64,000 nt of DNA from Thermoproteota archaeon (lineage in GTDB: Archaea; Thermoproteota; Thermoprotei; Gearchaeales; Gearchaeaceae), in the NCBI GenBank assembly GCA_021324265.1, contig JAJPJK010000004.1, positions 64,811 to 128,810 on the forward strand, read 5' to 3'. Every line of letters begins with the position of its first letter. Position 1 is the first letter of the stretch. Below are positions 50,608 through 59,714 of this stretch, in pieces. The notes beneath the pieces were generated by a model. It worked only from the letters and a program-made list of their open reading frames with translations. It did not search any database and was not told the origin of the DNA. Both the position numbers and the translations under genes were made by a program.

Positions 50608-52095
50608 CTAAATCACCCCAAAAGTTGGGATTTTATGTCTTCCAAGCGCAACTTGAACTGTTTTAGTCTCCATGTAGAAATCAAAGCTATATTTTCCTCC
50701 TTCTCTTCCTATACCGCTATACTTTGCACCCCCAAAAGGAGTTCTTAAATCCCTAACATTGTGAGAATTGATCCATATCATGCCAGCCTCTATAGCTTGG
50801 GCCAAGCGATTAGCTCTTTCTACATCTTTAGTCCAAATATAGGCTGTTAGCCCATAGACAACATCATTGGCCAAAGAAATGGCCTCTTCTTCATTTTTAA
50901 ACTTCATCGCAAGTAATACAGGCCCAAAAATCTCTTCTTTGAAGATTTTCATTTCACTATTGCCATCAGCGAAAAGTGTAGGCGAAAGATAGTTACCTTC
51001 ATCAAAACCTTTGGGTCTATCACCTCCATATAGTAGCTTAGCTCCTTCTTTTATACCTATGTCGATGTAGTTCTTTACTCTTTGCCAATGCTCAGGCCTA
51101 ACCAAAGGCCCTAGTTCGGTTCTTTCATCAAAAGGATCTCCAATCCTTATTTTTTCGACTCTTTCTGCTAGCATCGACAAGAATTCATCGTAGACCGACT
51201 CTTCAATGAGAACCCTAGAGTTTGCAGTACATCTTTCTCCGTTTAAGGAATAAGCCATAAATATTACAGCATCGAGCGCTCTTTTCAAATCTGCATCGGC
51301 AAAAATAATCGCAGGATTCTTCCCTCCGAGCTCCATAGAAAAACGCTTCAATGTTGAAGCGCCATTTCGCATGATCTCCATACCGGTAACGGTTTCACCT
51401 GTAAAGGAGATCAATCTCACATATGGATGAGCTACAAGCGCTGCGCCGCTTAACTCACCAATACCATGAACAATGTTAAAGACCCCTGCCGGTATTCCTG
51501 CCTCTTGCATGATTTCTGCTAGCTTGTTTGCACTCATAGGTGTCCATTCTGCAGGCTTGAGTACGCATGTATCTCCTGCTGCCAAGCAAGGCGCAATCTT
51601 CCAAGTTTCCAGCATTAAAGGTGTATTCCATGGAGTTATTAAACCAGCTACACCTATGGGAGAACGGATAACATAGTTTATGAACTTATCATCGTCAACA
51701 TAAACTTCTTCGCTTAGTTTTGTGAGCATATCTGCGAAGAAATCGAAATTTTCCGCTGCCCTCTCTACTTGGCTCCTAGTCTGTGATATCGGTATTCCTA
51801 CATTAAGGGTCTCAATCCTAGCAAGTTCTTCCTTATATTTTCTGATAAGCCTAGCTACTTCATGCAACATTTCTGATCTTTTGGACATTGACATATTACG
51901 CCAACTTTCAAAGGCTTTTCTGGCCGCCTTCACAGCCATATCTACATCTTTTTCAGACCCAGCAGGAATAGTACCTAGTATTTTGTTGTTGGAAGGATTC
52001 AAAAATTCAAACCTTTCCTTAGAATTGGAATCAACGAACTCTCCATTTATAAAATTCCTTAGATACTCACTCACAGTATAATTAAACGCATTCAT
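50608..52095 (-). CDS. hpaE: 5-carboxymethyl-2-hydroxymuconate semialdehyde dehydrogenase (start may be GTG at 52074)
   Basis: ITPWN, LKPAEW, FTGET.TG, MELGGK, NGERCTA, EEIFGP, NSHNVRDLRTPFGG. Confidence 0.9.
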   Translation of the reverse strand: MNAFNYTVSEYLRNFINGEFVDSNSKERFEFLNPSNNKILGTIPAGSEKDVDMAVKAARKAFESWRNMSMSKRSEMLHEVARLIRKYKEELARIETLNVGIPISQTRSQVERAAENFDFFADMLTKLSEEVYVDDDKFINYVIRSPIGVAGLITPWNTPLMLETWKIAPCLAAGDTCVLKPAEWTPMSANKLAEIMQEAGIPAGVFNIVHGIGELSGAALVAHPYVRLISFTGETVTGMEIMRNGASTLKRFSMELGGKNPAIIFADADLKRALDAVIFMAYSLNGERCTANSRVLIEESVYDEFLSMLAERVEKIRIGDPFDERTELGPLVRPEHWQRVKNYIDIGIKEGAKLLYGGDRPKGFDEGNYLSPTLFADGNSEMKIFKEEIFGPVLLAMKFKNEEEAISLANDVVYGLTAYIWTKDVERANRLAQAIEAGMIWINSHNVRDLRTPFGGAKYSGIGREGGKYSFDFYMETKTVQVALGRHKIPTFGVI

Positions 52096-52144
52096 TTATA
52101 TAATAATACATCATAGCTTTATCCTACAAAAACAATATTATTTT

Positions 52145-53284
52145 ATGAGTGTAAGAGAGAGGATTGCTCTCCTGCTCTCAATTAAGGAGGAAGGTAAGCT
52201 TGTAGATTTTGATCATATTTTCGAGAAAATAGCGAGAGATGTGAAATTTGTCGAAAAGAGAGATATTAACATAGATGAGATCAAATCAAACTTAGAAACT
52301 TTGAAGAAGGAAGAACTGATAGAAGAGATAGATGGTAAATATAAGCCAAAAGAGAAAATACATGCGTATGTCAGAAAACTTATCGAAGAAAAGGAAGAAG
52401 TACTGAATAGATCTTACATACTTGTATGGAAAGCTAAACATTATTATCCAGTTGCTGGTGAACTCATGCTTCCTTATTTAAAAGAAAGACCAGTAAGTGT
52501 GGTAAAGGTTTTTTCAGGAAAAAATGATCCTATCAAAGAAATTGATCCAATATTCGTTAGGTATGCGAGATATAAGCCTAAACCCCAGCACATAATCATC
52601 AACGATATGAGAAAGCTTATGGAATACGTGCACGATCATTGCATCGACTTCATTCCTTATGTCCATAGACTAAACTCAAACATGCCAGATTTCTTTATAC
52701 TTGATTTGGATGCAGGAAAAAGGATTTTAAATGAGAAAAGAGGATTTGAATTCCTAAAATTCATTGCCAAATCGTTATATGACTTCCTCATTGAACATGA
52801 AATGCTGCCCATGATGAAATTCAGCGGTTCAAGAGGATTTCAAATTTGGGCTAGCTTTGATAACTCAAAATTCGCTAATAAGAGTGATCTGTTTGCAGTT
52901 TATAGGATGCTTGCCATAAAAATACAAGAAAGCTTTGAAAGGCATTTACAAGAAAACAGAACAGAAATAATAAAAGAATTTCCAGAATTCAAAGAACTTA
53001 AGGCTTTCACGACTTCCCAGGTAGCGCATAAAGAAGAGAGGGAAGATAAAATACTTCTAGATTGGTCATCGATGAAGCCTCAAGGAGATGTTAGAGCTCC
53101 GTTCTCCATGCATCATAAAACAGGTCTTGTATCCATACCGGTCGACAGGAAAGAGATTGATAGCTTTAACCAATTGGATGCAGAGCCGATGAAGGTCATT
53201 GATAACATTAATTCAGGAAAGAAATTCCCAGTTCTAACACAGTCAGATCCGAGCTATTTACAAGAAAAACTTAAAAATTCCTAA
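52145..53284 (+). CDS. Archaeo-eukaryotic primase superfamily protein (LigD polymerase-like) with an N-terminal wHTH-like extension
   Basis: PYLKERPVS, PDFFILDLD, KFSGSRGFQ, KILLDW, APFSM, VSIP. Confidence 0.8.
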   Translation: MSVRERIALLLSIKEEGKLVDFDHIFEKIARDVKFVEKRDINIDEIKSNLETLKKEELIEEIDGKYKPKEKIHAYVRKLIEEKEEVLNRSYILVWKAKHYYPVAGELMLPYLKERPVSVVKVFSGKNDPIKEIDPIFVRYARYKPKPQHIIINDMRKLMEYVHDHCIDFIPYVHRLNSNMPDFFILDLDAGKRILNEKRGFEFLKFIAKSLYDFLIEHEMLPMMKFSGSRGFQIWASFDNSKFANKSDLFAVYRMLAIKIQESFERHLQENRTEIIKEFPEFKELKAFTTSQVAHKEEREDKILLDWSSMKPQGDVRAPFSMHHKTGLVSIPVDRKEIDSFNQLDAEPMKVIDNINSGKKFPVLTQSDPSYLQEKLKNS

Positions 53285-54122
53285 CCTCTTCAGGTCTAAA
53301 TCTATAGACAAAATAGAATACTACTCCTAAGACAGCCCAAACAATTAGGTAGTAGAAGATATATTGCAGAACATCTTTTAAACTCATCAGATATTCAATG
53401 ACATTAAACTGTATGGCTGATATTAAGCTCGAATCAAAGCTTTGCATGTAAGAGTTGCCTAAATTGAATACATTATATGCATTTGAAAAATAGACGAATA
53501 TAATAACTACTAATATCCATGCTGAATAAAGCAAGGATACAAGTAAAAACAAGGCAATCGAATAAGTTTTATCATACTTTCTATAAAGAACGGCCTCAAA
53601 AATCCAAGGAAGATTATTTAAAGCCCCGTTTATAAGGACTAAGCTGAGAACAATTATAAGCATGACATGTGCAGGCAAGGTCTGGAATAAAATCGATAAA
53701 CTTCTCAATGAATTGATTGCACTTTCACCTCCATAAGTAGCGGATATAAAAATTAAAAATTCAATGAAAAATAATACAGTCATTACAACTGTAAATGCAA
53801 ATATTACGGTTTTAATAATAATATAGCTATTGAAGAATTTAAAAAATCTAGGTCTTTCATTACCATACTTTTTAAAAAGGAAATCCTCAGTTCTATCGAC
53901 TAAGAACAATGATTTAGGTTTAATATAAAATCCTATTACTGATATTATAGCTCCAAGCCAGAAGAGAAAATTAAAGGCAACTTTATATAAAAATTCAACA
54001 AAAACATCTTCGCCACTAATAAACTTATCAAAATAAAAATATAAAATATCGAAAATGCCACTTATTAAAATTAAAATTATCCCCGCAGTGATCAAGATGC
54101 CTGCTACCGCACCTAGTCGCAC
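53271..54122 (-). CDS. Hypothetical multi-pass membrane protein
   Basis: 283-aa ORF with about 6 TM segments; no family recognised. Confidence 0.6.
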   Translation of the reverse strand: MRLGAVAGILITAGIILILISGIFDILYFYFDKFISGEDVFVEFLYKVAFNFLFWLGAIISVIGFYIKPKSLFLVDRTEDFLFKKYGNERPRFFKFFNSYIIIKTVIFAFTVVMTVLFFIEFLIFISATYGGESAINSLRSLSILFQTLPAHVMLIIVLSLVLINGALNNLPWIFEAVLYRKYDKTYSIALFLLVSLLYSAWILVVIIFVYFSNAYNVFNLGNSYMQSFDSSLISAIQFNVIEYLMSLKDVLQYIFYYLIVWAVLGVVFYFVYRFRPEEVRNF

Positions 54123-54153
54123 AAATCGCTTAATAAATACAGTTTAATAAATT

Positions 54154-54861
54154 TTACTTTAAACCTAGGTATAACCTTCCCAGTTCGCTATTGGCAATTA
54201 AATCTTTAGCAGAACCACCATAAGCTACCTTGCCACTGACTAACAAATACGCTGCATCGGCGATTTCAAGAGCACGTAAAGCATTTTGTTCAACAAGAAG
54301 AATGGTAATGTTGAATTCCTTTACAAGTTTCACTATAGTACTCAAGATCTGCTCGGCGAGTAAAGGAGAAAGACCGCCTGTTGGTTCATCGAAAAGCATT
54401 AATTTAGGTCTTCTAATCAAATTCATAGCAATTGCAAGCATTTGTCTTTCTCCTCCACTCATATATAGCGCTTTATTTTTGTACTTTTTTTGAAGAACTG
54501 GAAAGAAATCAAGCATTTCTTTAATTCTTTCCTTTGCAGTTTCAGTATCAAGCGTATATGCAGCCATTCTAAGATTTTCTTCAATAGTTAGTTCGGTGAA
54601 GACATTATCCACTTGAGGTAAATATGCAATGCCCATCCTAGCTGCGATATGCGGTTTAATGTTAGTTATGTCTTTGCCTTCGAAGAATATCTTCCCAGAG
54701 TAAATGTTTGTTAGCCCGAATATGGTTTTCAGAAGAGTTGATTTCCCGCTTCCATTAGGACCAACAATAGTGGTGAGCTTATTCTTCTCTACGCTTATAC
54801 TTACGTCAAATAAGATTTGTAGCTTCCCGTAACCTGCACTTATATTCTTTATTTCAAGCAC
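54154..54861 (-). CDS. livF: Branched-chain amino acid ABC ATPase
   Basis: GPNGSGKST, MSGGERQMLA, DEPT.GLSP, LVEQN. Confidence 0.9.
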   Translation of the reverse strand: MLEIKNISAGYGKLQILFDVSISVEKNKLTTIVGPNGSGKSTLLKTIFGLTNIYSGKIFFEGKDITNIKPHIAARMGIAYLPQVDNVFTELTIEENLRMAAYTLDTETAKERIKEMLDFFPVLQKKYKNKALYMSGGERQMLAIAMNLIRRPKLMLFDEPTGGLSPLLAEQILSTIVKLVKEFNITILLVEQNALRALEIADAAYLLVSGKVAYGGSAKDLIANSELGRLYLGLK

Positions 54862-55624
54862 TTCTCTTCCCCAGATAACTTTCTATTACTCTTTCATCAT
54901 TTATGACTTCATAAGGCTTTCCCTCTACAATCACTTTACCGTTATGCATAGCATAAGCGTAATCTGCATACTCAAGCGCTAAATCAAGCCTATGCTCAAC
55001 AACTAATACAGTTAAATCAAGATTCTTTATAATATTCTTCAAAACACTAAACAATTCTTTTGCTAAAAAAGGTGCAACGCCAGCAGCAGGTTCATCCATG
55101 AGTATAACCCTAGCATTGCACATCAAAGCTCTTCCAAACTCAAGAAGTTTCATCTGACCACCACTAAGCTTAGAACTCTCGCTATTAACCAAGTGATCAA
55201 GCTTTAGTTGCTCTAAAATATTCATAGCTGTCTCATAGGCCTCTTTCTCCTTATCGACCCATTTGGATTTGATAGGTGCATAAATGAATCTTTCACCCGG
55301 ATTATCTCTCGCGGCGACTAAGAGATTTTCCAATACTGTCAACTTTAAAAAGGGCTTAGGTATTTGAAACGTCCTCGCGATACCTAGCTTGAATCTTTCA
55401 TGCATACCCAACTTAGTTATATCCTTTCCTTCATAGCTTATAGTGCCCTCGTCAGGGAAATAATACCCTGTTAATGTATTTATCAATGTAGTTTTTCCGC
55501 TACCATTTGGACCGATTAATAGTGTGAAGAGGCCTTTTCTCAATGTTATACTCACGTCATTCAATGCATAGAGCCCTCCGAAGTGTTTCTTGAGACCCTT
55601 GCTCACCAGCGTTTCCTCGTTCAT
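54854..55624 (-). CDS. livG: Branched-chain amino acid ABC ATPase
   Basis: FGGLYAL, GIARTFQ, LSGGQ, DEPAAG, VIESYLG. Confidence 0.9.
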   Translation of the reverse strand: MNEETLVSKGLKKHFGGLYALNDVSITLRKGLFTLLIGPNGSGKTTLINTLTGYYFPDEGTISYEGKDITKLGMHERFKLGIARTFQIPKPFLKLTVLENLLVAARDNPGERFIYAPIKSKWVDKEKEAYETAMNILEQLKLDHLVNSESSKLSGGQMKLLEFGRALMCNARVILMDEPAAGVAPFLAKELFSVLKNIIKNLDLTVLVVEHRLDLALEYADYAYAMHNGKVIVEGKPYEVINDERVIESYLGKRSA

Positions 55625-55673
55625 ACTTATTTCTTCTTTATATTATCTTAAAAAACTACTCTTGAACGATTGT

Positions 55674-56291
55674 TCAAGAACAAAAGTTCGCATTATTTTT
55701 ATTCGCCAATCTCCTGAAATATAGCATAATCCTGTTATATATCTTCTCAACGTCTATTTTAAAGAGTAAAATACCTAAAATCGTGAATACAACCGAAGAT
55801 ATAACACCCAAGTAAAAGGGCTCGAAGCGTATATGTCTAGCAACTACGATGATTCCAAACACTTCTAGCGGTATCTCAACACCGCTTTTAATCAACTTGG
55901 CTATAAAAGTTATTGCCTGCATTCTAAACAAAGATGCACGCGAAGTGCCTCCTATGAGGAAAAAGAAATCATCCAATGGCAGAATAGGTAAAATTGCAGT
56001 TATAAGCAAGCCTACAAAAAAAGATCTTCGGTTGACCAACCTCGTAAAGAAAGATACATTTTTATTTCTTTTGAGCGGCAGCCTGAGTACAACTCCTATG
56101 CCGAACATTACATTCTTTGCCAAAGTTGCTCCCAAAGCAGAAACGATTATGCCCTCGAGTAAATCGTTGAAGGTAGAGCCATGTCGAAGAATTATCGTCG
56201 AAGTTATTATGGTATAAGGTGCCCCAAAAAAAGGAGTAGCATTAGTAATAAATGAGATTAAGAAAATGAAAATCCATTCCCTAAGATCCAT
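55674..56291 (-). CDS. DedA/VTT-like membrane protein
   Basis: NATPFFGAPY, GATLAK, LPLDD motifs; hydrophobic. Confidence 0.6.
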   Translation of the reverse strand: MDLREWIFIFLISFITNATPFFGAPYTIITSTIILRHGSTFNDLLEGIIVSALGATLAKNVMFGIGVVLRLPLKRNKNVSFFTRLVNRRSFFVGLLITAILPILPLDDFFFLIGGTSRASLFRMQAITFIAKLIKSGVEIPLEVFGIIVVARHIRFEPFYLGVISSVVFTILGILLFKIDVEKIYNRIMLYFRRLANKNNANFCS

Positions 56292-56385
56292 ACATTCATC
56301 TCCACTTACACTTACGAGTATATGAACTTAAGTCTAGAAAAGCGAAATTAAAAATCCTTATATAATTAGCAACTCACTTACTCAC

Positions 56386-56886
56386 GTGTCGATACTGAGA
56401 GCAATCATTGAATATTTCACTGACGGCATAAGACCGATCAGAGCTGTTGAGGGGATTGGCCTTGCAACTACGGTTCTTATATTGTCTTATTTCATCTTTT
56501 TTTATGAACTTAATGGGTTTGTGTTATATCTTATGGCACTTCTCTCAATAGTTTCTTATTTAGCTTTCATACACATAAGAGGGTGCAGAGGATTCTATGA
56601 AATGTTTCTATATGAGCTGGAAACTTTAAAAACGGAACAGTCCAATTTTCATAGACTTATTATATTTATGATAAGGATTTTTGAATATTATCTTATAATT
56701 TTTTCAATTTTTTGTGCAGCTTTCTTTATCAGTGGTTTCTTTAATTACCTCAGTAACGATATACCTAAACTCATTATAGGTATTTCAGCAATAAGTTACG
56801 TAACGATTTCATTTATAGGGCATACAACAAGACTAAGTGCGATAAAAGAAATAAGAAAACTTAGAGAAAAAAACAATAGATATTGA
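56386..56886 (+). CDS. Hypothetical 4-TM protein
   Basis: GTG start with TTATATAA about 25 bp upstream. Confidence 0.55.
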   Translation: MSILRAIIEYFTDGIRPIRAVEGIGLATTVLILSYFIFFYELNGFVLYLMALLSIVSYLAFIHIRGCRGFYEMFLYELETLKTEQSNFHRLIIFMIRIFEYYLIIFSIFCAAFFISGFFNYLSNDIPKLIIGISAISYVTISFIGHTTRLSAIKEIRKLREKNNRY

Positions 56887-56904
56887 GAGAATTCAGTTAA
56901 GTAA

Positions 56905-59517
56905 CTAACCTTTTACCCACCAGAAATATAGACTCGCTCCCGCACCTGCTGTAATCGGGTTCTCTTGATATGTTATGTCATTATTATACCCATGCATATA
57001 AGATTTAACCACCCAAAATCCATTAGTTTGATAAAGATATATGTACATGTATAAATCGATTGCTAATTGCTCAACTTGTTTATAATAGCCTTGAGCTTTT
57101 ATAGGATCTATTTCTGAATCTGCTTTGAGTATAAGCTGAGTGAGCTGTTCATACATCACTGCTTCATCGTTATAGCCTAACGAGCGCAAATAACTTGGAT
57201 ACCATCCATCTGGACCCGGAAAGGTGCCGTTTTCTAAATACATAGCATCAACAACATCTCTAGGGTGAGGATAATCAGCAATCCAGAATAAAACTGCAAT
57301 TGGCATTGGATTTGATCCAGGTACAAGATAACTTGCCATGATAGGCAATTGCACGTATAATGGTTCTATTTCGATATTAGGATCGATACTATGAATTGTA
57401 TCTGCCAACATCTGTGCAGCAGCATAGTTAACACTATCGCCCTGCGGAACCATGATGGGAAAACGAACGTGTAAATCGTAAACGCCTGCCTCTCTTAGTA
57501 ACTGTTCAGCTCTAGTTTTGTTAAACGTTGGAATGTGCTGTAATTGCTCAGGAGGGACGTAAAATGGTAAGGTGCTTATGATTGCGCCAGCATATAAGTT
57601 TCCGAAATCATAACCGTATTTCTTATTTCCCACGATATTATCTATATAGGTCTGGTAATCGAACGCATAAGCAAAAGCCTCTCTAACCTTTGGATTGGCA
57701 AAATAATCTGATGGTATATCATACTGAGGGTTTATGTTCTTCAGAAGAGTTGTATTTATTTGCAAATTAAAAGTCATGAAGTATTGAGTTAATGTAGAGA
57801 ATTTGTATATAGCTACTTGCCCTTGCTGAACATAAGCCCTTAAAGAAGGAAAATATTGTGATGGCAAGCCAGTTACTATATCAGCTTGCCCTGATACAAA
57901 CAAATTATATGCTGTCTGTGCATCTTTAACCCAAGAAATTACGACTTTATTGTTCACCTTAGGTATACCTGGGAGGCCTGGAAAATAGGGATTAGGTGCA
58001 AGAACAATGGTTTGACCTGGTACGTATGATTGAATCATATACGGTCCTGAGCCAACGGGGTTATACTGAATCTCAGTGTTATAATTCCCAATGTTAGCTT
58101 GCTCTTCGTAAGCTAAAAATCCATCAGGAGTAAAAGTAATACCTGCACCAATATTTTTAAGCCATTTTGAATCCAATATTGCAGTCGCCAATGGAAAAGC
58201 TAACGCAGTAAAGAAGAGCTGAGGAGGTGTAGGTTTAATTAAATTAAAAGTCACAGTGTTGGTGTTATTATCATAACTAACTGCATTCATAATTTTGCTG
58301 AAAGCTTCTTGTTTATTCTCATTTGTTACCAATGGCACGCCAATTGAAGCCCCCTCAACCAAATATTGCGCTACCACCCAATCACCTGTTCCGGGATTTC
58401 CTCCCTCAAAAAGTAGAGCTCTTATTATTGAATACCAAACATCGTAAGCCGTAAGGGGATCACCGTTTGAAAATCTTAAATTTGATCTGATTTTGAAAGT
58501 ATATTTTGTATAGTTATTAGATATGCCACCATTTTCAACCGTAGGTAATTGCTCAGCCACATACGGAATAAAGCTTGTTGTGCTTGATCCATTATAGATT
58601 AGCAATGTCGAAAATATGTTAGAGATTACTTCGAATCCTACTAGCTCGTAATCAACGTTAGGATCTAACGAAAAAGGTCCTCCTGGCAAGTTTTCTGCTA
58701 CGTTAATTATATCAGGATTAGGAATAGTACCGGCAAATTTAAATAATGCAAACTTATGATTCGTACCTTTAACAGCTATGGTTTGAAAAACAGTATAACT
58801 GTATTTCTTTCCTGTACTCTCATCCTCTGTAATAAGCGTCAAATTAAGAGCATAGATTCCTTCACTGGTATAAGATATTGAAACAGGGTTTTGTATTGGT
58901 AGATTATTCGTTGAGTTTATATCTAAGGCTAAAGTTTTACCATTACCGAAGTTCCAGATATATTGTTTCAAGGTTACATTAGGATTTGTAGGGGGTTGAA
59001 GGTATCCTCCAAAAAGGTATAGCGATTCGTTTACATTTACAATGGGAATTTCGGAATTTTTTGTTACATCAAAGCTTATCGTAGGAATTGAGATATAATC
59101 TGCAATGCTCTTTTCTACTTTAGGAGATACTCGGATTTCAATTAACGAGTTTTCAGTGCTGCTTATTACTTTGCCATTCAGCACTTCATCAGCATAAACT
59201 AAAAAATTACCTACATTAGAGTATTGATAATCTAAACTCTCTGAACTACTTGTTACATTAAGTTCCATTTTATGTCCATCTCCGAAATATACGATGACTT
59301 TTGAACCCACCACAAGATTGCTTAAAGAAAAAGTGAGCTTGTCGTTTTGTAATACTCCAAAACTTGCAGGGAATAAGTTTATTTGTGGTACTTGTTTAGA
59401 ACTGGTCATACTGTAATAGAAATATATGCCTATAATTACCCCAAATACGACTATTATTATAATTATTAATGCTAGAACCCTAGAAATTGCTATTCGAAGT
59501 TTATTTTTACCAGTCAT
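56905..59517 (-). CDS. Family 5 (oligopeptide-type) ABC substrate-binding protein with N-terminal PKD-like domains
   Basis: TM anchor; VYFGDG and WNFGNG PKD motifs; FSNGDPLTAYDV, GSGPY, VREAFAYAFD, WIADY; TATA supports ATG 59517. Confidence 0.88.
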   Translation of the reverse strand: MTGKNKLRIAISRVLALIIIIIVVFGVIIGIYFYYSMTSSKQVPQINLFPASFGVLQNDKLTFSLSNLVVGSKVIVYFGDGHKMELNVTSSSESLDYQYSNVGNFLVYADEVLNGKVISSTENSLIEIRVSPKVEKSIADYISIPTISFDVTKNSEIPIVNVNESLYLFGGYLQPPTNPNVTLKQYIWNFGNGKTLALDINSTNNLPIQNPVSISYTSEGIYALNLTLITEDESTGKKYSYTVFQTIAVKGTNHKFALFKFAGTIPNPDIINVAENLPGGPFSLDPNVDYELVGFEVISNIFSTLLIYNGSSTTSFIPYVAEQLPTVENGGISNNYTKYTFKIRSNLRFSNGDPLTAYDVWYSIIRALLFEGGNPGTGDWVVAQYLVEGASIGVPLVTNENKQEAFSKIMNAVSYDNNTNTVTFNLIKPTPPQLFFTALAFPLATAILDSKWLKNIGAGITFTPDGFLAYEEQANIGNYNTEIQYNPVGSGPYMIQSYVPGQTIVLAPNPYFPGLPGIPKVNNKVVISWVKDAQTAYNLFVSGQADIVTGLPSQYFPSLRAYVQQGQVAIYKFSTLTQYFMTFNLQINTTLLKNINPQYDIPSDYFANPKVREAFAYAFDYQTYIDNIVGNKKYGYDFGNLYAGAIISTLPFYVPPEQLQHIPTFNKTRAEQLLREAGVYDLHVRFPIMVPQGDSVNYAAAQMLADTIHSIDPNIEIEPLYVQLPIMASYLVPGSNPMPIAVLFWIADYPHPRDVVDAMYLENGTFPGPDGWYPSYLRSLGYNDEAVMYEQLTQLILKADSEIDPIKAQGYYKQVEQLAIDLYMYIYLYQTNGFWVVKSYMHGYNNDITYQENPITAGAGASLYFWWVKG

Positions 59518-59714
59518 ATATTTACTAAGAAAATAGCCTTTTAAAACTTTTTTTAATTGCCTTTGAAATATCATTGTTACGATCTTTAACATACCTTTTT
59601 TTATGAAATATTTAGAAGATAAGGAAAAATAAAGATCGTTTAGTTACTTTCTTTAAAAACAAATTTTTCTACTGAGACATCTGAAAAGTAGTATATTAAT
59701 AAAAAATTCCTATA

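Noticed and set aside
52145-54122. Integrated plasmid or virus around the primase-polymerase
   Set aside because: No integrase, att repeats, tRNA target, helicase or cluster of small ORFs
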